NCBI GenBank assembly: GCA_028534125.1
Contig: CM052817.1
Span: forward strand, 60,018,001-60,082,000
Direction: 5' to 3'
Origin: Lama glama
Lineage: Eukaryota
DNA: 64,000 bases
The position numbers and the translations under genes are program-made. The notes under the pieces were generated by a model that saw only the letters and a list, made by a program, of their open reading frames with translations, was not told the DNA's origin and ran no database searches. This document shows positions 52,883 to 64,000 of the stretch, in pieces. Position 1 is the stretch's first letter. The number at the start of each line of letters is the position of its first letter.

Positions 52883-55019
52883 TGGCAGCCAGAAAGAACT
52901 GTTACAAACTAAAAAGCAGATTTTTATGTTACGCTATTTTCCAAGCTTTTTGAATCGCATCTGCTATTAGGTAACGACACTTTGATCTTAGTTTGTTCTT
53001 AAAAAAATATACAGATAGCTATGAGTACACTTGATCATGAAGTTCTAGGTGATCAAGTTTTGTTGTGACTAACATTCATTAAAAAAACAGGTTATTACAA
53101 TAATAGGATGCAGTAGTCTTTAAATATTCATGATGCTAGACAATTGGTTATATGGAGAAGTGGCTAAATTGTCCTTATTAATTAAGACCACTATATGGCA
53201 ACTCTACATGAACCTCTACTATGTATTGAATTAGTGCCCATTTTAACTTTATTTTATACTGGATCCAATACTTCTATCCAAACTTTGATCACTGCAAACC
53301 TTAGTGAGAAAAAAAGATTTTCTAGAGTTGGGTTTTTGCTTGCCTTATGCTAGAATGTATTCATGCTAAAGAAAGATCACATTATTTTCTCTAAATTGTG
53401 ATTAACTATTCTTGTGTGGACTTTTATAATAGACAACTACTGATTAAATTAGAGTAGGAAAGTAACAACCACCCATTTATGCTGTTTCACTGTATTTTCA
53501 GATTTTGATTCTTTGCTCTGGTTTCTTCATAGCTCTGTTTACTCAGATATAAGACATAGTATTTGAGGCCTTTATAAAGAGAAAGTGTTTGTGATGATGG
53601 TAGACAGTTCACATGTGTTTGAGCCCATAGCCTCGAGGGTTATGGGGGTCAGAAGTGACCAAATATTTTGTGTCTAAGTGCCACTAAAATGCAGACTTCA
53701 AAGAATCTGTCTTGCTGCATATCTTGACCCTTATTCTGTGTCAGTGGTCTTTGGGGTGTGAGGGACACTGTGTGTGTATGTGCTTTGATGGCAACTGCAG
53801 GGCTCACAGAGAAGGCCTTATGAAATATGAATAGACTAACCCCTCCACTCCCGGTACCTTCCCTTCCTTCTCTTCTATCAAAAATGCACAGCTGGTGAGG
53901 AGAGATAAAATACAACTAGGAACTGAAATCTGCCATTTCCTCAGCCAGGGATTCTAAGTATCCTGTCATTGAAATAAAGAAAATGCCAAATTCCTGACTT
54001 TTACTTGAAGAAATAAAATAAAATTTAAGCTTTCTATATGACAAATGGTAAGTTTTAATGGTGCTTTTATGGTCCTGTCCAGGTTAATATTAAGACTGAT
54101 CTCTTACTGTCATTAAATATATTAAATCCATGTTATAGTGCATATATATGAGTATCTTACTTGACTTCTGAATAGAGTGAGCTTTAATGTAGATTCATAT
54201 AATACTCCTTTAAATTCAGTAGAATCTTTAATCTTTCACTTAATCCTAATTCTGTTTTTCCTTATTAAAATAAAAATTATTACATATTTTTATTTTAGAA
54301 ATTTACTTTATTAAAATTGACCTTATTAGTATGTTTACATAAACTTCTTTAGTCATCTGTCTACAGATTCCATAACTCAAATTCAGAAGATGAAATATAA
54401 TGAAATCAAAAAGAATAATAAATGAATTAATTAATTTAAAAAAACAAAATATAATGAAATCATAAATCATAGGATTCCCTCAAAGAATCATGCAAGTTCT
54501 GTGTCTATTTTTGCATACAATTCTACCCACACTGCCTTGAGATCCATTCATATTTGTTGAATGCATGAAGACTTTTTTAAAAAATAGACAGGACAGAAGA
54601 TACGTAAATTATAATGCAGCTAGATATGATTACTATATCCTGAAACCTTAGAGTCTTTAAGTAAGACTAACAATAGGGGATTCTGTCTAGTCACCAAGAC
54701 CTTGCTGCTCATTATTTCTTCCCAACTCTGACCAATATCTTACTCTGTCTCCATGTCTTTTTCTCATATACCATTTTTCTCTTCTAACAAGTGTTACTAA
54801 GTTCCCTACAGTGTTATTGAGGTGTTGTGTTATACAAGTATGGGCTGGTGGTTACTGGTTGCTGAAAAATACTATGAGAAGACTTTGAGTGGATATAAAA
54901 CTACTAAGGCTTTTTCCCCCCTTAAATCTAGGTAGGTTACAGGAGAACATCAGCTTTTGTTTTTGCTGTTGTAACAATCTATAACTTTTACTGAACTAGA
55001 ATAAACTTAAAGATATTTT

Positions 55020-55620
55020 ATTTATGTATTCAACAAATGTTTTATATATTATTCTAAATTGTAGTCATTGTTCTAAGTTTATAATTAATGGTATAAAGGA
55101 AACAAATGGCGGAAGGAAGGAAGAAGGGAAGGAAGTCAGTGAGTGTTAGGTGCTATGAAATATAAGACCGAAGAAGAAATGTAATAAGGCAGGGTGATAT
55201 GTGTACTGTAATTTTGTTTAGAATGGTTACAAAAGACACTTTTTTTAATGAGTAGAGATGTGAATTATGTGAGGGAGTCAGGCACTGTGTTATTGATAGT
55301 TTTTCAAGAAAGGTAATAGCAAATGCAAAGACCCTGAAGCAGGAACATGCTTACTCATGTTTAGGGGTAGAAAGGGGGCCTATGAGGGTCACAACACAGT
55401 GAAAGAGGGAGAGAGTTGGTAGATGGGACCAAATTACAAGGCACCATGAAGGGCTTGAAGACTTTGTATTTCACTCTGAGTAAGATTAGAAAACATTTTG
55501 GGTTCTAAAGAGGAAAGAGATAAAATCTCATTTAAATTTTAAAAGAATTACTCTGGTTGTTGAGTGGAGAATGGAAAATAAGAGATAGCATAAAATTTGT
55601 ATTGTTCTTATTTAAAAAAA
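55020..55620 (-). mobile_element. L2 fragment
   Basis: TATTCAACAAATGTTT; AGCAAATGCAAAGACCCTGAAGCAGGAACATGCTT; TTTAAAAGAATTACTCTGG. Confidence 0.75.
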
Positions 55621-55930
55621 GATTAGAGGCAGGAATTCTAGCATGATAGGGTGGACACCTCAGGGAACTAGGCTTCTTAGATCTTTCTCCTCTAATATCC
55701 TCTGCATGTGGCATCACCTCATTGTTCAAGATGGGTGCGAGTGTTCCAGCCCTCACGTCTATGTTCTAGCTTTTCCTTTAAAGACTTTTCCTAGAATTTA
55801 CACCTGACAGTTCAGCATCACACCATTAGCCAAAATTGAGTCCCATGGTCTTGCCTAATTGAGGGAGGCTACAATATACGTTCTTTAACCTGGCTCTTTA
55901 TTTGCCTAGTCAAAGTTTTTTAAAAAATAT
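55620..55930 (-). mobile_element. Old MaLR (MLT1) fragment
   Basis: CAAGATGGGTGCGAGTGTTCCAGCCCTCACGTCTATGTTCTAG; ATTAGCCAAAATTGAGTCCCATGG. Confidence 0.55.
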
Positions 55931-56129
55931 ATGAGTGAACAAGATGTTCCTTCATTTAAATTGTTCTCTTACTGAATGATGAGGGAACCATCCCAAACAG
56001 GACAAAGAAGGATAACCAAAAATTGAGACTCTTTCTATTTAAATAACTGAAGTTCAAGCTCAGTATCTTAGAATTTGGTCTTTGGAATTTAAGCCTATGT
56101 ATAGTTTAGTGCTCCCTAATTCAGAATGC

Positions 56130-56490
56130 GAATCTTCTCTCACTCTTCACTATCAGCTCACATTTTCTTGCTAGCTCTACAGTGTCATGCAAATCATTCT
56201 TGTGAACTTTGGGGCCTCATATACCTCTTTAAAGGAGCTTTCTCTAGCCACAGATTGAATCATTACACCTTGTATTACTCCCTAATATCTGTATTTTTCC
56301 TTTGTAGAACATAGCACAATTTGTATTTTTTAATATGTAGAAGTATTTTGTTAATATCTGTCCCTGTTACTAGGCTCTAAAAGACATGAGTGGGATCCAT
56401 GTCTTTTTAGTCCATCAGTGTATTCTTGATTGTTGCTAGATCAGTGCCTGATGTGTAGTTGTTTATTAGACATTTGTTGAGTAAATTAAC
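56130..56490 (+). mobile_element. L2 3' end
   Basis: CAGTGCCTGATGTGTAGTTG...ACATTTGTTGAGTAAATT. Confidence 0.55.
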
Positions 56491-56524
56491 ACCTGCATAA
56501 ATGAATTCATAATTTTCATACTAG

Positions 56525-56638
56525 AAATTGTAGTAGTAATTGTAGTAGAAATCAAATCAAAGAGATTGGATTTAAAGGTCTAAATTGTAGTAGTAAGTAT
56601 AATGTAAATCAAGCCAACGGGATTAGATTTAAAGGTCT
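56525..56638. repeat. ~57-bp tandem duplication (2 diverged copies)
   Basis: AAATTGTAGTAGTAA...GATTTAAAGGTCT occurs twice back to back. Confidence 0.9.
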
Positions 56639-57267
56639 TGATATCCAAAGCCCAGGAGACTGGAAATTCCCTGGAATCATTTTAATTAATATATCAAATC
56701 TATTAGAAGAATTTGTGCAGAATACACATTGCTTCTGTATGTGTAACCATCATCATATCTCATTATCTCTGTGTAATACTCTTTATGAATTTGTGAGCTT
56801 GGAAAGCTACATACTAAGCAGCAAAACTTGATCATATTTTACAGATCTAAATAATACTTCTTATAGTATTTGGAAATATATGAAGTAATCTGAAAAAAGT
56901 ACCTTCCCATACTTACAATCTTTACTACTTTTCTTTTGGTATTAAGTTTATATAAAGAACTTAGATAAAAACAAAAAGTATCAGTCATCAGTATATATGC
57001 CTTTCTTTGTTAGAGATTTAAGAAGTTGTAGAATACTAGCGGCTAATTTCAGAGGAAGATCATGACATAAAATAAATTACTTGGACAAGTTTAAGCATTA
57101 TTTTTCACTAAGAGTCAATATCCAAGGTCATTATTACATGCATTCTTGTAAATATATGTTATGAATAAGGATTAACAAAATGCATTTGGAAGTTTTCATT
57201 GATCTTTAAGAAAAGGATCATTGCTACTATTTAATAAAGCAGGGAGCTTGTCTGATGTGTGAGGCAG

Positions 57268-57270
<3 letters not shown>

Positions 57271-57302
<32 letters not shown>
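57271..57302. repeat. Poly-T tract (~32 nt)
   Basis: Direct reading. Confidence 0.95.
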
Positions 57303-57303
<1 letters not shown>

Positions 57304-58344
57304 AAGTCCTGTCAGGCGTGCAGATAGTTGATAGCTCCTCACAGTCAGCCTGACACTTTTAGGTAGAGGTTTACTGTAGCATACAAGAAACAGTGACCTG
57401 TGATACAGCCAAATGACTGCTAAAATGATATGAAAAGAGATTTCAATTCTTTATGGCACTACTAATGCACCTGAAAGTTTAAAAGTGCATTTTAGTAGTT
57501 GTGAAAGGATCCGAATAGAAAGACTGGTGCCCGCACTTTATCCACCTCAGCTCTCAGCACAGAGAGGCATCCTCTTGATTGCTATCATCACTTGCAGTGG
57601 AAGCTCAAGGGATGTACAAGATTACTTTATTCTCAATTTGATCTTGGCCATCTCTGTTTGATCCTTGCCTCTCTGCTGTGATTTAAATTTAGTGGAGTTC
57701 AAGAGAGAAGTTTTATTTTCATATGCACTTCTGTAGATACTGACCTAGAAAGAGACTGGCATTATATGCCTTAGTCATCTGATTTGCATACTGATTCTCT
57801 CTCACTACCAGCTTGAGCAACATTTGACTGGTGAGCTCCAGCAGATAGGTTTCATTGCCTACTGTCAGTGCAGGTAAACCTCTGATTTATAGATCTACAT
57901 TTCCCTGAAAAAGCTATTGTAAGTTCAAATAACATTAGTCAAATTAAATTTTCTCCTAGAAAAATATCACAAAGTATTTTTGAAGACCTGATAGTCAACC
58001 TTCTCTAAACAAAGACTTTCATGAGGGTTGGGACTTTATCATTAAGTGAATTGAATAGAGTGATATATCTGTACAGCACAAGATTTTTCTAGAAGTCATG
58101 TATGTATATATGTCATATAGATATAGATATGGTTTAAAGAGCAATGCATTGCCAGTCATAGAAAAATGTATTCCATGTGATTAAAAATAATCATTGTGTA
58201 CCAAAGACATGGCTTCCTGTCTTGCAAAGCATCTGAATAGTTGCTGACCCTAAAGAGGTAATTTAATCTCTCTCATCATAAGTGACATCTATTAATCTGG
58301 TTAAAAAACATCTATTTTACAGGTTGGTTAAAGGTGTCAAATAT

Positions 58345-59040
58345 CAGCTGAGCATTAAGTAAGACTGAACTAGGTTTATATCTCAGTGCTATTAATTAGT
58401 AGATGAGACCCCAGATGATTTATTAAGAATCTTTATGTGTCATTGCTAATTGTCCGCAGTATTCATTCTCTTATTCTTCTTTGATAATCATTCAGCTTCC
58501 CTTGGACCCAGAAAAAGTAATAAGACTAAGTTATGGCCAGTGGGGTGTGAGAGGAAGTGATGTAGGCACATTCTAGATCTCACTCTTTTAAAGTAACTCC
58601 TTGCCCTCCACTGCTCTTATAAGCTTCCAGTGGGCTGGAATGTGGACATTGTGGTCAAGACCTCACTTCAGCCATACCAATAAAGGCAATACCCTGAAGA
58701 TGACAGAACCACTGAATGGAAAGAATCTGGGTCCCTGATGATCTTGTGAAACAAAGTTGCACTCCTTACCTGACTGTAGCTCTGGGATGAGAAACTTCTA
58801 TCTATTCAAGCTATTGGAGTTTTGTGTCCCTTTGTTACAGTAGCTTGACCTGTAGCCAGATAGTAGTGACCTTGAAGAGGGGACTAGATTTCCCCAAGTT
58901 TTAGTTTCATAATCCATAAAATTGAGATAGTAATAGTACCTATTCAAAGAATTATTTTGAAGACAAAATAGTTACTGTATACAAACCATTTAAAATAGCA
59001 GCTGGCACATAATTAGTATTCATTAAATGTTAGCTTTTTT
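58345..59040 (+). mobile_element. MIR interrupted by an MLT1-type LTR (~58438-58862)
   Basis: MIR 5' half (ACTAGGTTTATATCTCAG) and 3' half (AGTTTCATAATCCATAAAATTGAGATAGTAATAGTACCTA) flank an LTR with GAAAGAATCTGGGTCCCTGATGA...TTTGTTACAGTAGC. Confidence 0.65.
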
Positions 59041-60374
59041 TAATTCTGTGAATTATTAACTTAACTGTTTTTTTGTGTACTTTAAAACCTATTAAGTGAA
59101 ATATTTTTATCTTAGTAAAGCATAAGGAGCAATACCAAAAAGAAGTTAATGGTTGAAAAAACACCTTTAATTTCAATGCCATGAAATCAAATAGTTTTTA
59201 TTTTTAACCACAAAACATTTTCAAGAAATTTCCTGTGATAAGTTTTTGGCTTTTTTGAGAAGTTATTACACAGACTTCTGCTTTGCTGGTATTGTATGTG
59301 TGTCCATGTGTGCATAGGTGTGTTTTGCATTGAAAATTTTCCTCTAGCACATCAAGCCACAATCCTTTGAAAAAAAAATCTTTCAGTTTCCATAACTGCC
59401 AGTTAATCAGGACTAGTAGTTGTATCTGTTACTTTGACGTCATGTGATTATTCCAAACTGTGGTTCCCTTTTACACATCACTGTGTTTTGCAAAACAAAA
59501 AGAAAAAAATTCTGTCTTTTTCTCTTGAATGTCTGAATTCCTTTACCATGGCATTATACTTTTCAGCTTAGCTACTAGTTGTAAAAGTGATCATTATACA
59601 CAATGACCATTTTTCTGGATTAATAAATCTATTATTTACTTTATGTCACATTTTATTTTCAAAGTGTGTTCTTTACAACTGTAACCCTGAGAGATAGTCC
59701 ATGAAGACTGCATTCTGTTATTCTCTTGTCAAGGTAAAGTTTGAAATATTGTGATTGTGTTCCTTTTTAAAAGAGATACTCAACATACATTAGGTATTAA
59801 AGTCTGTGCATAGTTCTAAAAGACAAAACATATTTTGGTTTAACCCAGTTTCCCCAAACATATTATTGAGATACATTGCTTTATAAAGAACTTATTAACC
59901 TCTGAGAACTGGTTTTGTGGATTCCATTTTGAGAAAAAATTTTCCCAAGAGATTGTAATCACTAGAATCACAAGAAGTACTATTATCCCTCCCTCATTAC
60001 CACAGCCATAATCATTCCCTTTCCTCTGTGCTGCTAGAGCACTCTTACTTTGCTCTGCTTTCCACACTTTGTCTTATATTTAAAATTCTTCTGGATTTGT
60101 CATCCTCTATATAGATTGTGAGCTCATTTAAAGTAGTACTATTTTTTTTCCTTCCTTCTATCATTGTGCTTTGCTTGATACAGCGTAACTGGTGGTTGGT
60201 TAGTAATTTTTTCTGTGTTTCATTCTTTTTATTTGAGTGGAAAACATACAGTTTTAAGAAAAAATTATATATTAAGACTTAACCAATAAATGTTAACTTT
60301 CAAATGGTCTAAGTTGTTGATTGTGCGCATAATTCCTCCATTGGTTATAGCTTTTATGAAACTTTATTAGAATC

Positions 60375-61030
60375 TCTATCTGCGTGGTTCAGTTTCAGAT
60401 AATGGACTCCATTTAACTAGTTTAAATAAAAAAGGGATTTTGGACAGGTTATTAAATGCCTTGGTAGGGCTGAAGAAACATATTCTAGATTGAACTGTCA
60501 AAAATGAATAACAAAGCCACCCCCACTGAACTGAGCTACCCAAGGTAGCTAATGACTCTTTGATGAGAAGCCACTGGCTTGAGAATGACTCCACAGGACC
60601 ATGATCCTCATACATCCACTGTCAGGGAGCTACTATAGTCAAAAAACCACTAAATTTACTGTTGCTAGATTCAGAACTGTATGAGAAAATTCGTAAGTTA
60701 CCAGACTTCAGTCTGCCATGTCTAGCCCCTCCTTACCTACACAAATGATGATGGGACACTGGAAACTCAGTTAATGTTGAAGAAAAAAATAGATAGATGA
60801 CCTTCATGACCATGTTTGCCAATAAAATAAAAAACAGCTTCTGCCTCACTTTTTCATTCCAAAGCTTCTTAAATTCTGTCTGATTAGGAGAATATAACTG
60901 ACATCTAAAACCCTAGCAACAAGGGAGTTTAGCAAATGAATGCTTTCCTTTCTCAGTCTGTACTATATAGAAAGACATGCAGAAAGAAGGAGAAATGAAT
61001 GTTGGATTCAGTCAGTGTCGACCAACACTA
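60375..61030 (-). mobile_element. Old LTR (ERVL/MaLR-type) remnant
   Basis: ACTCCATTTAACTAGTTTAAATAAAAAAGGGATTT and TGTCTGATTAGG...CCCTAGCAACAAGGGAG motifs. Confidence 0.45.
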
Positions 61031-61974
61031 ACTGTAAGTCTCATTGTCATTCATATGTAGCACTCTTTCTTACTCTACTTTCTCACCTTTCTGTCTACCC
61101 CTCTGTTCTTGGTTTCCTGTTCCCTCCTCTTTTTCTTTTCTTTTCTTTTTTTTTTTAACATTTTTTTTTATTAAGTAATAGTCATTTTACAATGTTGTCA
61201 AATTCTAGTGTAGAGCACAATTTTTCAGTTATACATGAATATATATATATTCATTGTCACTTTTTTTTTCACTATAAGCTACCACAAGATCTTGTATATA
61301 TTTCCCTGTGCTATACAGTATAATCTTGTTTATCTATTCTGTATTTTAAAATCCCAGTCTGCCCCTTCCCACCCCACACCCCCTTGGCAACCACAAGTTT
61401 GTATTCTATGTCTATGAGTCTGTTTCTGTTTTTTATTAATGGTTTTTTTTTTTTGATTTTAGATTCCTCATATGAGTGATCTCATATGGTATTTTTCTTT
61501 CTCTTTCTGGCTTACTTCACCTAGAATTACATTCTCCAGGAACATCCATATTCCTGCAAATGGCATTATGTTGTCGGTTTTTATGGCTGAATAGTATTCC
61601 ATCGTATAAATATACCACATGTTCTTTACACAGTCATCTGTTGATGGACATTTAAGCTGTTTCCATGTCTTGGCTATTGTAAATAGTGCTGCTATGAACA
61701 TTGTGGTGCAGGTGTCATTTTGAAGTAGGGTTCCTTCTGGATTTATGCCCAGGAGCAGGATTCCTGGGTTACATGGTAAGTCTATTTCTAGTCTTTTGAG
61801 GAATATCCATACTGTTTTCCACAATGGCTTTCCTTGCTTCCCTCTCTCACTCTTAATGATTTAGATGTCTTCTTTTACAATTTTGTGTTTATTCTTTTTG
61901 TAATTCATGGCCGTTATCTCCTTTCCAGTTATGGGTTTCTCATTCATTTTTGTAGCATCCTGCTTCTTTTCTAT

Positions 61975-62068
61975 TTAGAGTAGACCTGTCAGTATTTCTT
62001 TTAGCATGGGTTTAGTGTTGTGAAACTCTTTTAGTGTTTGCTTGTCTGTGAAGTTCTTTCCCTCTCCT
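61975..62068 (-). CDS. L1 ORF1p C-terminal 30 codons (remainder hidden in the gap)
   Basis: Same peptide as copy A. Confidence 0.75.
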
Positions 62069-62568
62069 NNNNNNNNNNNNNNNNNNNNNNNNNNNNNNNN
62101 NNNNNNNNNNNNNNNNNNNNNNNNNNNNNNNNNNNNNNNNNNNNNNNNNNNNNNNNNNNNNNNNNNNNNNNNNNNNNNNNNNNNNNNNNNNNNNNNNNNN
62201 NNNNNNNNNNNNNNNNNNNNNNNNNNNNNNNNNNNNNNNNNNNNNNNNNNNNNNNNNNNNNNNNNNNNNNNNNNNNNNNNNNNNNNNNNNNNNNNNNNNN
62301 NNNNNNNNNNNNNNNNNNNNNNNNNNNNNNNNNNNNNNNNNNNNNNNNNNNNNNNNNNNNNNNNNNNNNNNNNNNNNNNNNNNNNNNNNNNNNNNNNNNN
62401 NNNNNNNNNNNNNNNNNNNNNNNNNNNNNNNNNNNNNNNNNNNNNNNNNNNNNNNNNNNNNNNNNNNNNNNNNNNNNNNNNNNNNNNNNNNNNNNNNNNN
62501 NNNNNNNNNNNNNNNNNNNNNNNNNNNNNNNNNNNNNNNNNNNNNNNNNNNNNNNNNNNNNNNNNNNN
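62069..62568. other. Assembly gap (exactly 500 N, placeholder size)
   Basis: N run; same flanking bases as gap 17089-17588. Confidence 0.99.
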
Positions 62569-63819
62569 CTCAGGGGAGGCAGGTGGGCAGATCACGCCCC
62601 CTTCCAGCACCATGGTCAGGTGCTGCGTTCCTGCCAGGAAAGCGGGTTGCCACCTGCCCTTTCCTGGTGCCAGTTGCTCCACTACTCTATACAGCTGCCC
62701 GCTCCGCCTCGGGTCAGTGCTCTGAAGGTGAGCTCGGGGAAGACTGCAGAATGGCCCCACCTCTGCTCTGTGCCAAATCTCAGCTCCTTGTTTGTCATGG
62801 CAGCGCAAGTTCTCTGAGGTGCCAGGAAAGAAAGATCTTATCTGCCTCCAGGTGTAAACAAGTCTGAGTCCTACGTAGGCGGTTGCAGAGCCTCTGGGTG
62901 TGGATTCAGGTCTCGGCCCCACTGCTGTTTGCATGCTGTGCACAGGAGAATATGGTGTCTGTGGCTGAGCCCTGCCTGTCTTCTCATGAGAAGTGCCAGT
63001 AATGGCAGCGCAGGTCTGAGGAGACAAAGGCTATGGTGCCCCTCCCCCCAGGGCACACCAGTCATGTTGCTTGCTTTTTGTTCCGCAATTTATGGGGGAC
63101 CGAGGTTGTTCTACTCTGTATCCCCTCCCATCCATGGTGTGCAGCATATTGTAGTTCCCTGGGGCTGCCTCAGTGCAGCCGCCCCAGTCCTCCGCCCAGC
63201 TCAGGCCACCTGCCCCAGCCCCAGCTGTCAGCTTGCATCCCTGGCTGGGTATCATGGGGACCCTTTGTGCCCATTTAACTCAGTTCTGTCGGTCAAGGGG
63301 TGCTCGGGGCAGATCTGAGCCTCGGAGGTTCTCCTTATGTCCCACTGGCCTCTCCGTTGGAGAGGGGAGACCCAGTGAATGAGCTCCATTCCTCCTTTGC
63401 CACTGCCTCCCCGTGGGATCGGTCCCACACTGTTTTGCCTTTTCTTTTTTCTTTTTTCCTACCAGATTTTTGGAATCATTGTCTTTCGAAGAGGGAGATG
63501 TTCTGTTGGAGTTCGGCAGGTCCTCTGGTTGGCTGAGTGGGTCTGTATATGTGAGTTTTGGTGTATTTGTGGGAGAGGGTGAGCTACAGGCATCCTTCTA
63601 CTCTGCCATTTTGCTTCTCCCCCCTCCCTCCTCTTTTTCTTCCTGCAGTCAGTGCAACTTGAGTCATCAGGAAGAATTATATCTCCACCTATATAAAGGG
63701 AGTTTATACTTCAAAGAGGGAGAAGCAGTGAAATGCTTTATCTAACTGGTACATGGTAGGTGAACTAAGAGTGTTACATGAAAGTATAACATGCTTTATC
63801 TTAGCCACAATATTGGATT

Positions 63820-63960
63820 TTTTCATAAACAATATTCTTTCCAAAACTCTATGTCATAGATATTACTCTCATTTTACTAAGAGTAAAAAAAACTGAGGCA
63901 CTTTGAAAAATTATTTATCAAAGATTATGCATCTTGTAAGTTTGGGACCCATGGTCTCTT
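63820..63960 (-). mobile_element. MIR fragment
   Basis: TATTACTCTCATTTTAC...AAAACTGAGGCAC. Confidence 0.5.
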
Positions 63961-64000
63961 CATAATACTATGTAGTCAAAGATTGCCTGCAGTTTGAAGC

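Larger units (their letters stand above)
61138..63624 (-). mobile_element. ORF2-deleted L1 (half-L1/HAL1-like), copy B, with both ends present
   Basis: Same architecture and same junction (~61829) as copy A; 17-bp TSD TCCCTCCTCTTTTTCTT at 61121-61137 and 63625-63641; A-rich tail. Confidence 0.95.

Noticed and set aside
16160..63641. Copies A and B as a segmental duplication
   Set aside because: Homology stops at the element ends, the flanks are unrelated, and copy B has its own TSD
1..64000. CRISPR arrays, tRNA/rRNA genes, prokaryote-type operons, host coding exons
   Set aside because: None recognisable; the sequence is repeat-rich mammalian non-coding DNA. Very small exons could have been missed by eye

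Overview
AT-rich mammalian intronic/intergenic DNA, tentatively camelid based on my recollection of the young L1 3' UTR style. There is no supportable host protein-coding exon; the ORF track is explained by retroelement remnants, chance ORFs and N-gap artefacts. The window holds: (i) a 5'-inverted (twin-primed) young L1 with a 14-bp TSD and a tiny nested L1 3' end (4480-8000); (ii) two copies, 45 kb apart, of a 'half-L1'-type element with a GC-rich 5' UTR, ORF1 end and spacer fused directly to the last ~120 codons of ORF2 and the 3' UTR, both sharing the same ORF2-deletion junction and each with a 500-N gap at identical boundaries (16160-18645, 61121-63641); (iii) an older L1 with the reciprocal structure (ORF1 missing, ORF2 present; 28800-33060); (iv) an internally deleted class I ERV remnant (integrase C-terminus, env tail, PPT, 3' LTR); (v) several solo LTRs, one with a clean 4-bp TSD inside a CA microsatellite; (vi) many ancient L2, MIR, L3/CR1 and MaLR fragments; (vii) short local duplications and a few repeat-free blocks that may be regulatory or non-coding exons. 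Boundaries and family names of old repeats are approximate and assigned by eye.
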